DNA from: Christensenellales bacterium
GTDB taxonomy: Bacteria; Bacillota; Clostridia; Christensenellales; JBMNTQ01
DNA: 44,636 nt
Direction of reading: 5' to 3'
Assembly (NCBI GenBank): GCA_050945815.1
Contig: JBMNTQ010000002.1
Coordinates: forward strand, 1 to 44,636
Position 1 is the first letter of the stretch. Each line of letters starts with the position of its first letter. Below, piece after piece: positions 1 to 9,506 of this stretch. A program made the position numbers and the translations under genes. The notes beneath the pieces are model-generated. The model ran no database searches. It was given only the letters and a program-made list of their open reading frames with translations, and had not been told where the DNA came from.

Positions 1-53
1 TGTCTCTCGCGGCTTACGTTTGCAGATCGGGCCTTGTATTTGCTTGAGCTTGA

Positions 54-716
54 TTAGGGCCGATGGTCTTCCGGGATGGATTTGGCAACACACAGGGCGC
101 TTACGCCGGCGGCGCCTGAGAGCAGCAGGGCGCGGGCGCATTCGCGGATTGTGCTGCCGGTGGTTAGGACATCGTCTATGAGGAGGATATGCTTGCCTTG
201 TACTTCCTTTGTGGCGAGGAAGGCGTTTTGAACGTTTTGGCGGCGTTTTTCAGCGCTCAGGCCGGTTTGGGGCGGGGTGTTTATTCGGCGGCTGAGGCCC
301 TGCAGCAGGGGCAGGCCGGTTTGTTCGCTTAGGCAGGCTGCCAGCAGATCCGACTGGTTGAAGCCCCGCTGTTTTTGCCGGCGGGGGTGGATGGGCACGG
401 CTGAGAGGGCGTCGGCTGGAAAGTTTGGCAGAGGATAGGCCCGCAGCAGCAGGGAACCTAGGGCGGGGGATAGGTAGCGGGCACCGTCGTATTTTAGCTT
501 CTGAATCATGAGACTGACCGGAGGCTTATATTCTACGACGCTGAACGCAAAGATCCCTTCGGCCAACGCTGACGGGGCATGGAGATAGCACAGCTTTGCG
601 TTGCAGGCGGGGCAGAAGTAGGCGCTCTGTGACAGGGCGGCTTCTCGGCCGCAGCCGCAGCACCCGATATTTGGATAGAGCAGGTTCAGCAGGGCGGAAA
701 CGGCGCGCTTGATCAT
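54..716 (-). CDS. comFC: ComF family protein (ComFC-like, PRTase fold)
   Basis: 220 aa. N-terminal Cys cluster (CCGCG...CPAC) and PRTase motif ILLIDDVLTTGST. The ATG overlaps the stop of the upstream helicase gene (ATGA). Confidence 0.85.
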   Translation of the reverse strand: MIKRAVSALLNLLYPNIGCCGCGREAALSQSAYFCPACNAKLCYLHAPSALAEGIFAFSVVEYKPPVSLMIQKLKYDGARYLSPALGSLLLRAYPLPNFPADALSAVPIHPRRQKQRGFNQSDLLAACLSEQTGLPLLQGLSRRINTPPQTGLSAEKRRQNVQNAFLATKEVQGKHILLIDDVLTTGSTIRECARALLLSGAAGVSALCVAKSIPEDHRP

Positions 717-2887
717 GGCGAACCCCCGTGGAGCAGTTGTTCGAGGAGGGATGAAAGGCCGCTGTAGCGGCGGGCAATATGGTTGTTGTTGACCATGCGG
801 ACAACGCTTTGTTCCCGGCCGATAATCAGCACGGCTTTGCGCGCCCGCGTGATGGCTGTATAGAGCAGGTTGCGTGCAAACAGCATCGGCGGGCCGCCCA
901 GCAGGGGTAGCACCACAGCGGGGAATTCACTGCCTTGGCTTTTGTGGATGGACAGACAGTAGGCGAGATCCAGCTCGTCGGCCTGGCCGAAATCGTAGGA
1001 GGCTTCCCGGGCGTCGTCGAACAGCACGCGGATGGTTTTTTCTTGCTCGTCGATTGTCAGGATGCTGCCGATGTCGCCGTTGAAAACCCCTTGACCTTCT
1101 TCCTCCCCCCAGACCGCGGCTTTACGCCAGCCTAGCTTATAGTTGTTGCGGGTTTGGATGACGCGGTCGCCGACACGCAGCAGCTTTTCACCGAAGCTAT
1201 GCTGGGCTTTGCCTAAGGCTTCGGGATTGAGGGCTTGTTGAATCTGTTTGTTTAGGTTGATGACCCCCAGCTCCCCTTTTCTCATGGGGGACAGAACTTG
1301 GATGTCGCAGGCGGGGTCGAACCCCAGAAAGCCTTTTTTGCAGGCGGTTAGTGTTAGCTTTAAGGCGTCGGCTACATTGTCTCGGGGCAGGAAGCGAAAA
1401 TCGTCGAATTGGTCGAGGCTGGGGGCTTCCCCGCGGTTGATGCAATGGGCGTTGACTACGATGCCGGACTGGTGGCTTTGACGGTGGACCTCACGCAGGC
1501 GGCAAACCGGGACTGCGCCGCTGGCGATGATGTCTTTGAGGACATTGCCGGGGCCGACTGAGGGGAGTTGGTCGGCGTCGCCCACCATGATGAGGCGAGC
1601 GCCTTCGGGTAATGCCCGCAGCAGGGCGCGCATTAAGAAGATATCCACCATGGACATTTCATCGATGATGACTACGTCGCACAGCAGCGGGTGTTCCTGG
1701 TTGCGCTGGAATGTTTCGCCGTGGGCGTATTCCAGTAGGCGGTGGAGGGTGGCGGCTTCGTAGCCTGTGGCCTCACCCATGCGCTTGGCTGCGCGGCCGG
1801 TAGGGGCGCATAGCTCGACGCCTAGGCCCATAGACTGGAAGATGCGCAGGATGACGCGCAGGATGGTGGTTTTGCCTGTGCCTGGGCCGCCGGTGATGAC
1901 GCAGACGCCGTGGCTCAGGGCAAGGGAAACGGCTGCGCGCTGTTCGTCGGTCAGTTCCAGCCCTTCTTGATCTTGGGCTTCACGGATCAGATGGTCGGGG
2001 CTTTCTTCGTCGTGCACCAAGGCGCAGAGACGGCCGGCTACGTCGATTTCTGCGTAGAGCGGATGGGGGAGGTAGACGGCCTCGGTCTCGCCGTAGCGGC
2101 GCAGGAAGAGCTGTTGGAGGGCGATTAGATCCCCTAGGGCGGCTTCGATCTCCTCCGGCGGCAAGGACAACAGTTTCTCGGCTGTGGACAGCAGCGTTTC
2201 CTTGGGCAGGAAGGTGTGGCCTTCGCTCATGGCCCAAGACAGGGCGCCTTTGATGCCTGCTGCCAGACGGAAGGGTGAATCGGGCTGGATGCCCATTTTA
2301 AGGGCGATTTGGTCGGCAGTTTTGAAGCCGATGCCCTGGATGTCTTCCGCCATGCAGTAGGGATTTTCCCGGATTTTATCCAACGCTGTATCGCCGTAGG
2401 CTTTTTGCAGCTTGTAGGCCTGGCCTACGGTGATGCCGTAGTTTTGCAGACCTATGAGCAAATCCCGGGCAATTTTCTGTTCCCGAAAGGACTCGCTGAT
2501 GGTTTTGCATTTGGCTGGGCCGATTCCGCGCACTTCTTCCAGCCGGTGGGGAGCGTATTGCATGATGTTTAGCGTTTCTGCACCAAAAAGAGCGACAATT
2601 GCCGCAGCGGTGCTCTCGCCGATTCCGCGAATCACGCCGCTGGCCAAATATCGCTCGATGTCCTCTTCGTTGGAGGGGGTATGGACTTCATAGGACGTTA
2701 TTTTAAGCTGCCTGCCGTAGGAAGGATGGGCCACCCAGTCGCCGGTTAGGCTGACCCGCTCGCCTTCGCCTAGTAAGGGGACTTCTCCCACTGCAACGAC
2801 AAAATCATCGCCGGTGTTTACCTCTAGAACGGTAAACCCGTTTTCATCGTTGCGAAAGATGATGGCCTCGACAAACCCTTCCAGCAT
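713..2887 (-). CDS. recD2: ATP-dependent RecD2-like DNA helicase
   Basis: 724 aa from ATG 2885..2887 (MLEGFVEAIIFRNDENGFTVLEV...). Walker A GGPGTGKTT and a SF1 helicase C-terminal part (SIHKSQGSEF). The 91-codon upstream extension in the ORF track overlaps metK in another frame and is dropped. The ATG lies 2 nt after the metK stop. Confidence 0.9.
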   Translation of the reverse strand: MLEGFVEAIIFRNDENGFTVLEVNTGDDFVVAVGEVPLLGEGERVSLTGDWVAHPSYGRQLKITSYEVHTPSNEEDIERYLASGVIRGIGESTAAAIVALFGAETLNIMQYAPHRLEEVRGIGPAKCKTISESFREQKIARDLLIGLQNYGITVGQAYKLQKAYGDTALDKIRENPYCMAEDIQGIGFKTADQIALKMGIQPDSPFRLAAGIKGALSWAMSEGHTFLPKETLLSTAEKLLSLPPEEIEAALGDLIALQQLFLRRYGETEAVYLPHPLYAEIDVAGRLCALVHDEESPDHLIREAQDQEGLELTDEQRAAVSLALSHGVCVITGGPGTGKTTILRVILRIFQSMGLGVELCAPTGRAAKRMGEATGYEAATLHRLLEYAHGETFQRNQEHPLLCDVVIIDEMSMVDIFLMRALLRALPEGARLIMVGDADQLPSVGPGNVLKDIIASGAVPVCRLREVHRQSHQSGIVVNAHCINRGEAPSLDQFDDFRFLPRDNVADALKLTLTACKKGFLGFDPACDIQVLSPMRKGELGVINLNKQIQQALNPEALGKAQHSFGEKLLRVGDRVIQTRNNYKLGWRKAAVWGEEEGQGVFNGDIGSILTIDEQEKTIRVLFDDAREASYDFGQADELDLAYCLSIHKSQGSEFPAVVLPLLGGPPMLFARNLLYTAITRARKAVLIIGREQSVVRMVNNNHIARRYSGLSSLLEQLLHGGSP

Positions 2888-2889
2888 CA

Positions 2890-4056
2890 CTAGGCATCCT
2901 TTTTTAAGGTGGCGGCCAGATCCAACTTTTCCCAGGGGAGGTTTAGGTCGGTTCTGCCGAAATGGCCATAGGCCGCAGTCTGCTGGTAGATGGGCCGGCG
3001 CAAATCCAGCAAATCTAAAATAGCTTGGGGCCGCAGGTCGAAATGCTTTTGAGCAAGGGCGGACAGCGCTTCGTCGCTGATTTGGCCGGTGCCGAACGTT
3101 TCGATGGCTACGGAGGTGGGCCTTGCCACGCCGATGGCGTAGGACAAGGCGACTTCGCACTTTTTCGCCAGGCCGGCAGCTACGATGTTTTTCGCGACGT
3201 AGCGGGCGGCATAGGCGGCGCTGCGGTCGACTTTGGTGGGATCCTTTCCGGAGAAGGCGCCGCCGCCGTGGCGGGCATAGCCGCCGTAGGTGTCTACGAT
3301 GATTTTACGGCCGGTCAGACCGCTGTCTCCATGGGGACCGCCGATGACGAAGCGGCCGGTGGGGTTGATGAAAACCTTGGTGTTTGCATCCAATAGATTG
3401 GCAGGCACGGTTTTCTTGATGATTTCGTTGTAGATGCCTTCGCGGATTTCCTCGATGGAGAAAGCATCGCTGTGCTGGGCGGACAAGACCACGGCATCGA
3501 TTCGCACCGGAGTGTCGCCGTCGTATTCGATGGTGACTTGAGATTTGCTGTCCGGCTGCAAGAAAGGCAGGACGCCGGTTTTTCTTGCTTTCGTAGTGGC
3601 TCTGGTCAGTTGGTGGGCCAGGGCGATGGGCAAGGGCATCAGCTCGTCGGTTTCGTCACACGCAAAGCCAAACATCATGCCTTGGTCGCCGGCACCGGTA
3701 TCTTTGCCGCCGCTGTCGCGCACTTCCAAGGCAGCGTTGACCCCTTGGGCAATGTCGGAGGATTGTTCGTCGATGGCGGTGAGGATGGCGCAGGCATTGC
3801 CGTCGAAGCCAGCTTCCGCGCAGCTGTAGCCAATTTCGTTGATGGTGGCTCGGGCGATGCTGGGGATGTCGACATAGCAGTTTGTGCTGATTTCGCCCAT
3901 GACCAGCACAAGGCCGGTGGTGCAGGCGGTTTCGCAGGCAACGCGGCCGTATGGGTCTTGCGCTAAAATCGCGTCTAATACGGCATCGGAAATCTGGTCG
4001 CAGACTTTATCCGGATGGCCTTCGCTGACAGATTCCGAAGTAAAAATTCTTTTCAT
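2890..4056 (-). CDS. metK: S-adenosylmethionine synthase
   Basis: 388 aa, [24 protein letters not shown]..., [12 protein letters not shown] and [16 protein letters not shown] motifs. AGGAGG RBS upstream and an S-box leader upstream. Confidence 0.97.
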   Translation of the reverse strand: MKRIFTSESVSEGHPDKVCDQISDAVLDAILAQDPYGRVACETACTTGLVLVMGEISTNCYVDIPSIARATINEIGYSCAEAGFDGNACAILTAIDEQSSDIAQGVNAALEVRDSGGKDTGAGDQGMMFGFACDETDELMPLPIALAHQLTRATTKARKTGVLPFLQPDSKSQVTIEYDGDTPVRIDAVVLSAQHSDAFSIEEIREGIYNEIIKKTVPANLLDANTKVFINPTGRFVIGGPHGDSGLTGRKIIVDTYGGYARHGGGAFSGKDPTKVDRSAAYAARYVAKNIVAAGLAKKCEVALSYAIGVARPTSVAIETFGTGQISDEALSALAQKHFDLRPQAILDLLDLRRPIYQQTAAYGHFGRTDLNLPWEKLDLAATLKKDA

Positions 4057-4077
4057 AACGGTTAACCTCCTAAGAAT

Positions 4078-4117
4078 AGATAAAAATAAATTCCCTCGCC
4101 GCTATTGGAGAGGGAAT
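4078..4117 (-). terminator. Intrinsic terminator of the S-box expression platform
   Basis: Minus strand reads ATTCCCTCTCCAATAGCGGCGAGGGAAT followed by TTATTTTTATC. It lies between the SAM aptamer and the metK RBS. Confidence 0.8.
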
Positions 4118-4139
4118 GGGCTTTGCCATCATATACCCC

Positions 4140-4231
4140 CTCATCTTTCAAGCAAAAGCTTGCGGGAATTGGCACCGGACACGCCGGTTGCCGGGTTTCA
4201 CAGGGCCCGTCCCTCCACCTCTCTGGATAAG
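4140..4231 (-). promoter_or_regulatory. SAM-I (S-box) riboswitch aptamer
   Basis: Minus strand reads CTTATCCAGAGAGGTGGAGGGACGGGCCCTGTGAAACCCGGCAACCGGCGTGTCCGGTGCCAATTCCCGCAAGCTTTTGCTTGAAAGATGAGG. This matches the conserved S-box core (AGAGAGGTGGAGGGAC.GGCCC.ATGAAACCCGGCAACC...GGTGCCAATTCC...GAAAGATGAG). Confidence 0.93.
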
Positions 4232-4241
4232 GTATAAATTT

Positions 4242-4269
4242 ATTATATCAGCAATCGCATGTTTGTCAA
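4242..4269 (-). promoter_or_regulatory. sigma-A-type promoter of the metK leader
   Basis: Minus strand: TTGACA, 16-nt spacer, then TGaTATAAT (extended -10). It sits just upstream of the S-box P1 helix. Confidence 0.75.
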
Positions 4270-4314
4270 TAGGAAACACCTCTGCTAAAAGCCTTGGATG
4301 GGATACGGTTTTTC

Positions 4315-4343
4315 TGGACAAAGGCTGAGGATTCTTTTATACT
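4315..4343 (+). promoter_or_regulatory. Candidate promoter of the ttcA-like gene
   Basis: TGGACA, 17 nt, TATACT. It is divergent from the metK promoter. Confidence 0.5.
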
Positions 4344-4355
4344 GGTTTTTGATGT

Positions 4356-5168
4356 GTGGGGGCGCTGTTTAAAATGGCGCTTGAAGGACGGGAGGAAATG
4401 GGCTTGAGGAAAACCCTGGGCGGCATCCGCCGGGCGGATCGGGATTGGAATATGATTGAGGACAATGACCGCATTGCTGTGGGCGTATCCGGCGGGAAAG
4501 ACAGTATGTTGCTGTTGTATGCGCTGCATTTGTATCGGCGGTTTTCCCGGCGGGCTTATTCTTTGGAGGCGATTACGCTGGAGATGGGCTTCGAGCCTTT
4601 TGATGTGACGCCTATTCGGGCGTTTTGCCGGGAGATAGGGGTTTCGTATCGAAGCGTACCGACGCAGATTGCCCAGGTTGTGTTTGAGCATCGTAAGGAG
4701 AAGAACCCTTGTGCCCTATGTGCGAAAATGCGCCGGGGAGTTTTGCATGATGCGGCAAAGGCCGCAGGCTGTAATAAGCTGGCTTTAGGGCATACTCGAG
4801 ACGACGCTTTGGAGACTTTATTGCTCAGCTTGCTTTACGAGGGGCGTTTTAATGTATTTTCGCCGGTGACGTATTTAGACCGTAAGGATATTACGGTGAT
4901 TCGTCCGATGGTGTACTTGAGCGAGGAGCATGTACGAAACGCGGTGCGGCAGCAAAGCTTGCCGATTGTGGTCAACCCTTGTCCTGCCAACGGCCACACC
5001 AAGCGGCAGGAGATGAAGGAACTGTTGGCTTTGCTGGGCGGAATATGCCCGGATAGTAAGGATAAGCTGCAGAATGCCTTGATGCGCCATGAGAGCTATA
5101 ACCTGTGGGACCGGGAGCGGATTTTGGAAACCAACCGGCGCTTGATGGAGGCGCGGCGAGGCCTGTAG
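4356..5168 (+). CDS. PP-loop ATPase, TtcA-family tRNA 2-thiocytidine biosynthesis-like protein
   Basis: PP-loop VGVSGGKDS plus CALCAKMRRG and a later NPCPANG Cys motif. Start is uncertain: GTG 4356 is very close to the predicted TSS, so ATG 4374 or ATG 4398 are alternatives. Confidence 0.8.
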   Translation: MGALFKMALEGREEMGLRKTLGGIRRADRDWNMIEDNDRIAVGVSGGKDSMLLLYALHLYRRFSRRAYSLEAITLEMGFEPFDVTPIRAFCREIGVSYRSVPTQIAQVVFEHRKEKNPCALCAKMRRGVLHDAAKAAGCNKLALGHTRDDALETLLLSLLYEGRFNVFSPVTYLDRKDITVIRPMVYLSEEHVRNAVRQQSLPIVVNPCPANGHTKRQEMKELLALLGGICPDSKDKLQNALMRHESYNLWDRERILETNRRLMEARRGL

Positions 5169-5190
5169 GAGAAACCTAGGGGCATGTTAA

Positions 5191-5218
5191 AAGCTCCCGG
5201 CAAATTTGCCGGGAGCTT
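5191..5218. terminator. Bidirectional hairpin terminator (ttcA-like / LCP gene)
   Basis: AAGCTCCCGGCAAATTTGCCGGGAGCTT is a perfect 12-bp stem. It has T-rich runs on both sides and lies between convergent genes. Confidence 0.8.
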
Positions 5219-5228
5219 GTTTGCTTTT

Positions 5229-6221
5229 TTAATTGTACATGACATCTAGGAGATAGTCCTTAGCTTTGGACCAATCAATGATTACCTGTTCGTTGACGAT
5301 GTTGGAGGCCTCTAATACATAATGGTTCATGTTGTCTACGTCTAGGTTGACCAGAATCGAGGCTAGGGCGAGGATTTGCTCGAGGTTTAGGTTGGTGTCG
5401 ACATAATCTTGGAACTCGTTGTAGAGGGTGGTGGCCGTGGCAACTGCGCCCAATTCCTTGATGCGGGTGGCCATGCCCTTGATGTAGAGCTGTTGGTTTT
5501 TTGCGCGGGAGAAATCGCTGTCGCTGTAGGCTTTGCGCACGCGGACGAAATGCAGCGCTTCTTGGCCGTTTAGCACCACGGAATCGCCGGCTTTGCCGAT
5601 TCGGGGTACATCGCGTTCTAATGTGACGGGTACGCCGCCTAGGGAATCGGTGATGGCGCCGAAGCCGTCCATCTCGACGCTGATGAAGTAGTCTACCGGG
5701 ACGGTGATGCCGCTGGAGGTCAGCAGGTTGGAAATCGTGCCGCGGAAGGTATCGTACCGCTGGGCGTCGGTCGTGCCGCCTTGGACAAAGGAATCGGTGA
5801 TTTTACCCTTGTAGGTTTTGGTGACGTTGCCGTCCTCATCGATTTTGCGGATATCGACTTGTGTGTCTCTGGGGATGCTCATCATGGATACGTTTTTAGT
5901 CTGTTTGTTGACAGTTAGGAGGATGATGGCATCGATGTTATATCCGCGGTTGGTTTCTTGGACATAGCTTTGGGTTTCGTCTTTGTCGCGCCCTAAAAGC
6001 GCGATGTTGACAACGTTATGGTCGAAGGAGACCACTTGCTCCGGCCCGTTGGAGGGGTTTAGGGTTACCTGAATATCGTCGTTGCGTTTTTCGAAAGCGA
6101 GGTCCGGATTTTGGAACACACGCTTGAAATAGTCGTAGCCGAATACGCCCAGCCCAATGCCGGATAGGATCAATATACAGAGAAAAACCCCTAATATTTT
6201 AACCAATTTGCTGCGTTTCAA
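5229..6221 (-). CDS. LCP (LytR-CpsA-Psr) family cell-envelope glycopolymer transferase
   Basis: 330 aa. N-terminal TM helix (ILGVFLCILILSGIGLGVFGY) and LCP core (NIALLGRDKD...DAIILLTVN...SIPRDT). TTG start with GGAGGTG RBS. Confidence 0.85.
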   Translation of the reverse strand: MKRSKLVKILGVFLCILILSGIGLGVFGYDYFKRVFQNPDLAFEKRNDDIQVTLNPSNGPEQVVSFDHNVVNIALLGRDKDETQSYVQETNRGYNIDAIILLTVNKQTKNVSMMSIPRDTQVDIRKIDEDGNVTKTYKGKITDSFVQGGTTDAQRYDTFRGTISNLLTSSGITVPVDYFISVEMDGFGAITDSLGGVPVTLERDVPRIGKAGDSVVLNGQEALHFVRVRKAYSDSDFSRAKNQQLYIKGMATRIKELGAVATATTLYNEFQDYVDTNLNLEQILALASILVNLDVDNMNHYVLEASNIVNEQVIIDWSKAKDYLLDVMYN

Positions 6222-6492
6222 AGTACACCTCCAAATAAATGCTTGTCCGCCCTAAGACAGAACAAGTCGCCCTTATTGGCCGGATGGGCCATTTGGGGCT
6301 TGCATACTGTACTATTATACACGGTATTGGGATATTTGCCTATCAAAATTACATATTTTTAGCAGATTTGCCTTGCAAAACCCGCTGTCACCTTACGTTT
6401 CTTTTTAGTATCCGCAATGGATGGTTGTTTTGAACAGGGAAAATTTCCCAAGGGAAGGCTGTTGCCAAATAGGGGTTTGGCACAGAATTCCA

Positions 6493-8130
6493 TCAGAGCT
6501 TTAAACGCAGTTGGCTTCCGTCTTGTGCATAGCACAGGGCTGCTTGCAAAAACGCGTTGAACAGCGGATGGCTGCGGTTGGGCCGGGAACGGAATTCGGG
6601 ATTGAACTGGACGCCCAGAAAGAAGGGGTGGCCTTGGAGCTCTACGATTTCCACGATGCCCTGGCTCATGCCGGAAACTTGCAGCCCTTTTTCGTGCAGG
6701 GCGGTGAGGTATTGTCCGTTTAGGGCGCTGCGGTGGCGGTGGCGTTCGTGGATAATGGTTTTGCCGTAGGCTTTGGACGCCAGCGAATCGCCGGTTAGTT
6801 GGATATCCTGGCTGCCCAGACGCATGGGTATTTGGGGAAGCGGGCTTTTGGGCGGCTCGAAGGGCAGCTCTTGAACAACGGGGAACGGCGTATCCGGCGC
6901 GAGGTCGGAGCGGTTGGCTCCGGATAGGTGCAGCACGTTGCGGGCGAATTCGATGACTGCTATTTCCATACCGGAATTGATGCCGAAAAAGGGCAGGTTG
7001 TTTTTGCGAGCACACTGGACTGCCAAAAGCTTGCCCTCGACTCCCAAATCATCGTAGCTGCCCGGCAGAAGTAAGCCTTGAACGCCTTCCAGCAAGGTGC
7101 AGGCGGTGGCTTCGTCTGTAAACTGGCAGGAGGACAGCCACACAAGCTCGACCTCTGTTTCGTTGGAAACGCCGGCGTGGTGTGTGGCTTCTGCTACGGA
7201 GAGGTAGGCATCGCGCAGCTCGGTAAAGCGGCCGACGAGGGCCAGCTTGATCTTGTGTTTGGGCTGGGTGCTGCGCTTTACCATGGCTTTCCATTCGTCC
7301 AGCGCGGGCGGCGGGCAGGTAAGGCAGAGCTTTTTGCACACAATGCGCCCTAACCCTTGGGCTTCCAGCATCAGGGGTACTTCGTATAGCGTAGGCACAT
7401 CCTGGTTTTCGATGACGCAGTCCTCTTCGACATTGCAGAACAGCGCCAGCTTTTTTTTGACATCCTGGGAGAGGGCGTATTCCGTGCGGCATACGATGAT
7501 GTCTGGTTGGATGCCGATGGAGCGCAGCTCGCGGACGCTGTGCTGGGTGGGTTTGGTTTTGATTTCACCGGCAGAGGCGATGTAGGGGACCAATGTGACG
7601 TGGATGTGTACGCAATTTTCCGGGCCCAGTTCCCACTTGAGCTGGCGTACGGCTTCTAGAAAGGGCTGGGATTCCATGTCGCCTACAGTGCCGCCTATTT
7701 CTGTGATGACAACGTCCGGGCCGGAGGTTTTCGCTACCCGAAACACATTTTCCTTGATTTCATCGGTGATGTGGGGGATAACCTGGACGGTTTCTCCCAT
7801 ATATTCTCCCCGGCGTTCTTTTAGGATGACGGACCAGTAGATTTCGCCGGACGTGATGTTGCAAACGCCTGTTAGATTTTCGTCGATGAAGCGCTCGTAG
7901 TGGCCTACGTCCAGGTCGCACTGGGCGCCGTCGTCGGTTACATAGACTTCTCCATGCTGGAAGGGCGACATGCCTGCCGGATCGATGTTGATGTAAGGGT
8001 CGAATTTTTGTATGGCGATTTTCAGGCCCCGGGCTTTGAGCAGGCGTCCTAAGGCTGCTGCTGTGATGCCCTTTCCCAAAGATGAAACCACGCCGCCACT
8101 TACAAAGATATATTTCGTATTCATAGACAA
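6493..8130 (-). CDS. pyrG: CTP synthase
   Basis: 545 aa. [17 protein letters not shown] at the N-terminus and a glutamine amidotransferase C-terminal half. The start is TTG 8130 or ATG 8124. Confidence 0.96.
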   Translation of the reverse strand: MSMNTKYIFVSGGVVSSLGKGITAAALGRLLKARGLKIAIQKFDPYINIDPAGMSPFQHGEVYVTDDGAQCDLDVGHYERFIDENLTGVCNITSGEIYWSVILKERRGEYMGETVQVIPHITDEIKENVFRVAKTSGPDVVITEIGGTVGDMESQPFLEAVRQLKWELGPENCVHIHVTLVPYIASAGEIKTKPTQHSVRELRSIGIQPDIIVCRTEYALSQDVKKKLALFCNVEEDCVIENQDVPTLYEVPLMLEAQGLGRIVCKKLCLTCPPPALDEWKAMVKRSTQPKHKIKLALVGRFTELRDAYLSVAEATHHAGVSNETEVELVWLSSCQFTDEATACTLLEGVQGLLLPGSYDDLGVEGKLLAVQCARKNNLPFFGINSGMEIAVIEFARNVLHLSGANRSDLAPDTPFPVVQELPFEPPKSPLPQIPMRLGSQDIQLTGDSLASKAYGKTIIHERHRHRSALNGQYLTALHEKGLQVSGMSQGIVEIVELQGHPFFLGVQFNPEFRSRPNRSHPLFNAFLQAALCYAQDGSQLRLKL

Positions 8131-8195
8131 TCATGTACCCCCATCAAAATATCATACTTTGCCATTTTAGCCCTGCAAGTTCGGCTATGTCAAGG

Positions 8196-8231
8196 ATAAA
8201 AACCGACCGGGCGGTGTTTGGGCCCGGTCGG
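8196..8231 (-). terminator. Intrinsic terminator after the MBL-fold hydrolase gene
   Basis: Minus strand: CCGACCGGGC-loop-GCCCGGTCGG followed by TTTTTAT. Confidence 0.8.
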
Positions 8232-8243
8232 ATCAGACAATCT

Positions 8244-8891
8244 TTAGGTTGAAACAGGACTGTCCGGCAGGAGAATGGTGTGCTGGGGGAGCGTTGCTGC
8301 GTCTACGATGAATTCGTTGGGCGCTTTCTTGATGTCCCAGCCGTCCATGGCTTGCAAAAAGCTGTCTGCATCGCTGATGTCGAAGGTCAGGTCCGCTGTT
8401 TTATAGTGCATGGGAATGACCACGGCAGGGGAGAGCTTGTCCACTGTGTCTTTTGCGCCGGCAGCATCGATGGTGAACACGCCGCCCACCGGCACCAGCA
8501 GCACATCGACTTTGCCGATGGAGGCGGCTAGAGCTTCGTTTAGGGGATGTCCTAAATCGCCGCAATGGCATATGTTGAGGCCGTCTACCGAGATGTTGTA
8601 GACTATGTTTTGGCCGCGCTTTGTGCCTTTTTCTTCATCGTGGAACGTGGGTGTGCCAAAAAAGGTGAAGCTGCCTACTTTTGTTTCGCCGCTTTGGGTG
8701 ACTTTGACAAAGTCGCCCTGGACGGCGGAAAAGTGGTTGTGGTCGAAATGGTCGTGGCTGCTGCTCACAATGTTTGCAGGATAGTGGGGCAGCGGATAGC
8801 CTACGGTTTCGTCGAAAGGGTCTGTGATGAGAACGGAGCCGTCCTGTGCTGTTATCATGAAGCAGGAATGCCCCAGCCATCGAATTTTCAT
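8244..8891 (-). CDS. Metal-dependent hydrolase, MBL fold (UPF0173-like)
   Basis: 215 aa, MKIRWLGHSCFMI...SHDHFDHNH motif. Confidence 0.85.
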   Translation of the reverse strand: MKIRWLGHSCFMITAQDGSVLITDPFDETVGYPLPHYPANIVSSSHDHFDHNHFSAVQGDFVKVTQSGETKVGSFTFFGTPTFHDEEKGTKRGQNIVYNISVDGLNICHCGDLGHPLNEALAASIGKVDVLLVPVGGVFTIDAAGAKDTVDKLSPAVVIPMHYKTADLTFDISDADSFLQAMDGWDIKKAPNEFIVDAATLPQHTILLPDSPVST

Positions 8892-8931
8892 AAAGCATAC
8901 CTCCTGATGTTATTTCTATGGTGCAGAAGAG

Positions 8932-9363
8932 TTAGGCCAGCGAGCATTCGCCGCTTTTGAAGTTGACCAATATCTGATTTAAGGTTTCTTCGCCGGATAG
9001 GTCCAGCTTGTATTCCAGGTCGAGACGGCCGCTGTTGTCGTCGAAGAAAAAATCCATGTGGGTGGGAAACATGCCTACCTGGACGTCGCCTAACGGCGTT
9101 GCGTAGCTGCCTAAAAAGAAATGGCCGTTTTTGAACACGAAATGGGAGTTGAAGGTTCCTTCCCGCGCCATAGTGACTGTGTTGTCTTGGACGCGCAGGG
9201 TGGTGGTGGTGCCTTCCATGCCGGACAGCGCCGACTCTTGGTATTGGAGCACATAGGCGTCGCCGTCTTTATAGTAGTTGCCTTCGGTGATGAGTTCGAC
9301 AACGTCGTCGTCTTGGTCGGTGTAGCGGTTGCCTATAATGGAAAGCATAACCTTTTTTTTCAT
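8932..9363 (-). CDS. DUF1934 (YwiB-like beta-barrel) protein
   Basis: 143 aa. The pattern matches my recollection of B. subtilis YwiB (G.YY.K....Y..Y.E......T.L......V.M.R.G......F......Y.TP.G). It sits near pyrG, as in Bacilli. Confidence 0.7.
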   Translation of the reverse strand: MKKKVMLSIIGNRYTDQDDDVVELITEGNYYKDGDAYVLQYQESALSGMEGTTTTLRVQDNTVTMAREGTFNSHFVFKNGHFFLGSYATPLGDVQVGMFPTHMDFFFDDNSGRLDLEYKLDLSGEETLNQILVNFKSGECSLA

Positions 9364-9506
9364 AGTAGATGATTCGCCCCTTTAAAAAAATCCATAACAC
9401 TGCGGCTTAGCCGCTGTTCTAAAAAGAGTGTAGCATATTTACCGTGCGGCTACAAATTGTAACAATAGGAAAATACGAAAAAATATGACAGCGGTAAGGC
9501 TTTGTA

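Noticed and set aside
2888-3160. 91-codon N-terminal extension of the helicase ORF (track ORF 713..3160)
   Set aside because: It overlaps the 3' end of metK in another frame and is Arg/His/Pro-rich junk. The internal ATG 2887 starts a canonical RecD2 N-terminus.
6222-6492. Possible promoter TTGATA...TGTATAAT for the LCP gene, and small palindromes after pyrG
   Set aside because: The spacer between the -35-like and -10 elements is 21 nt, which is too long. The extended -10 alone may work, but I cannot support a confident call. The palindromes lack U-runs.
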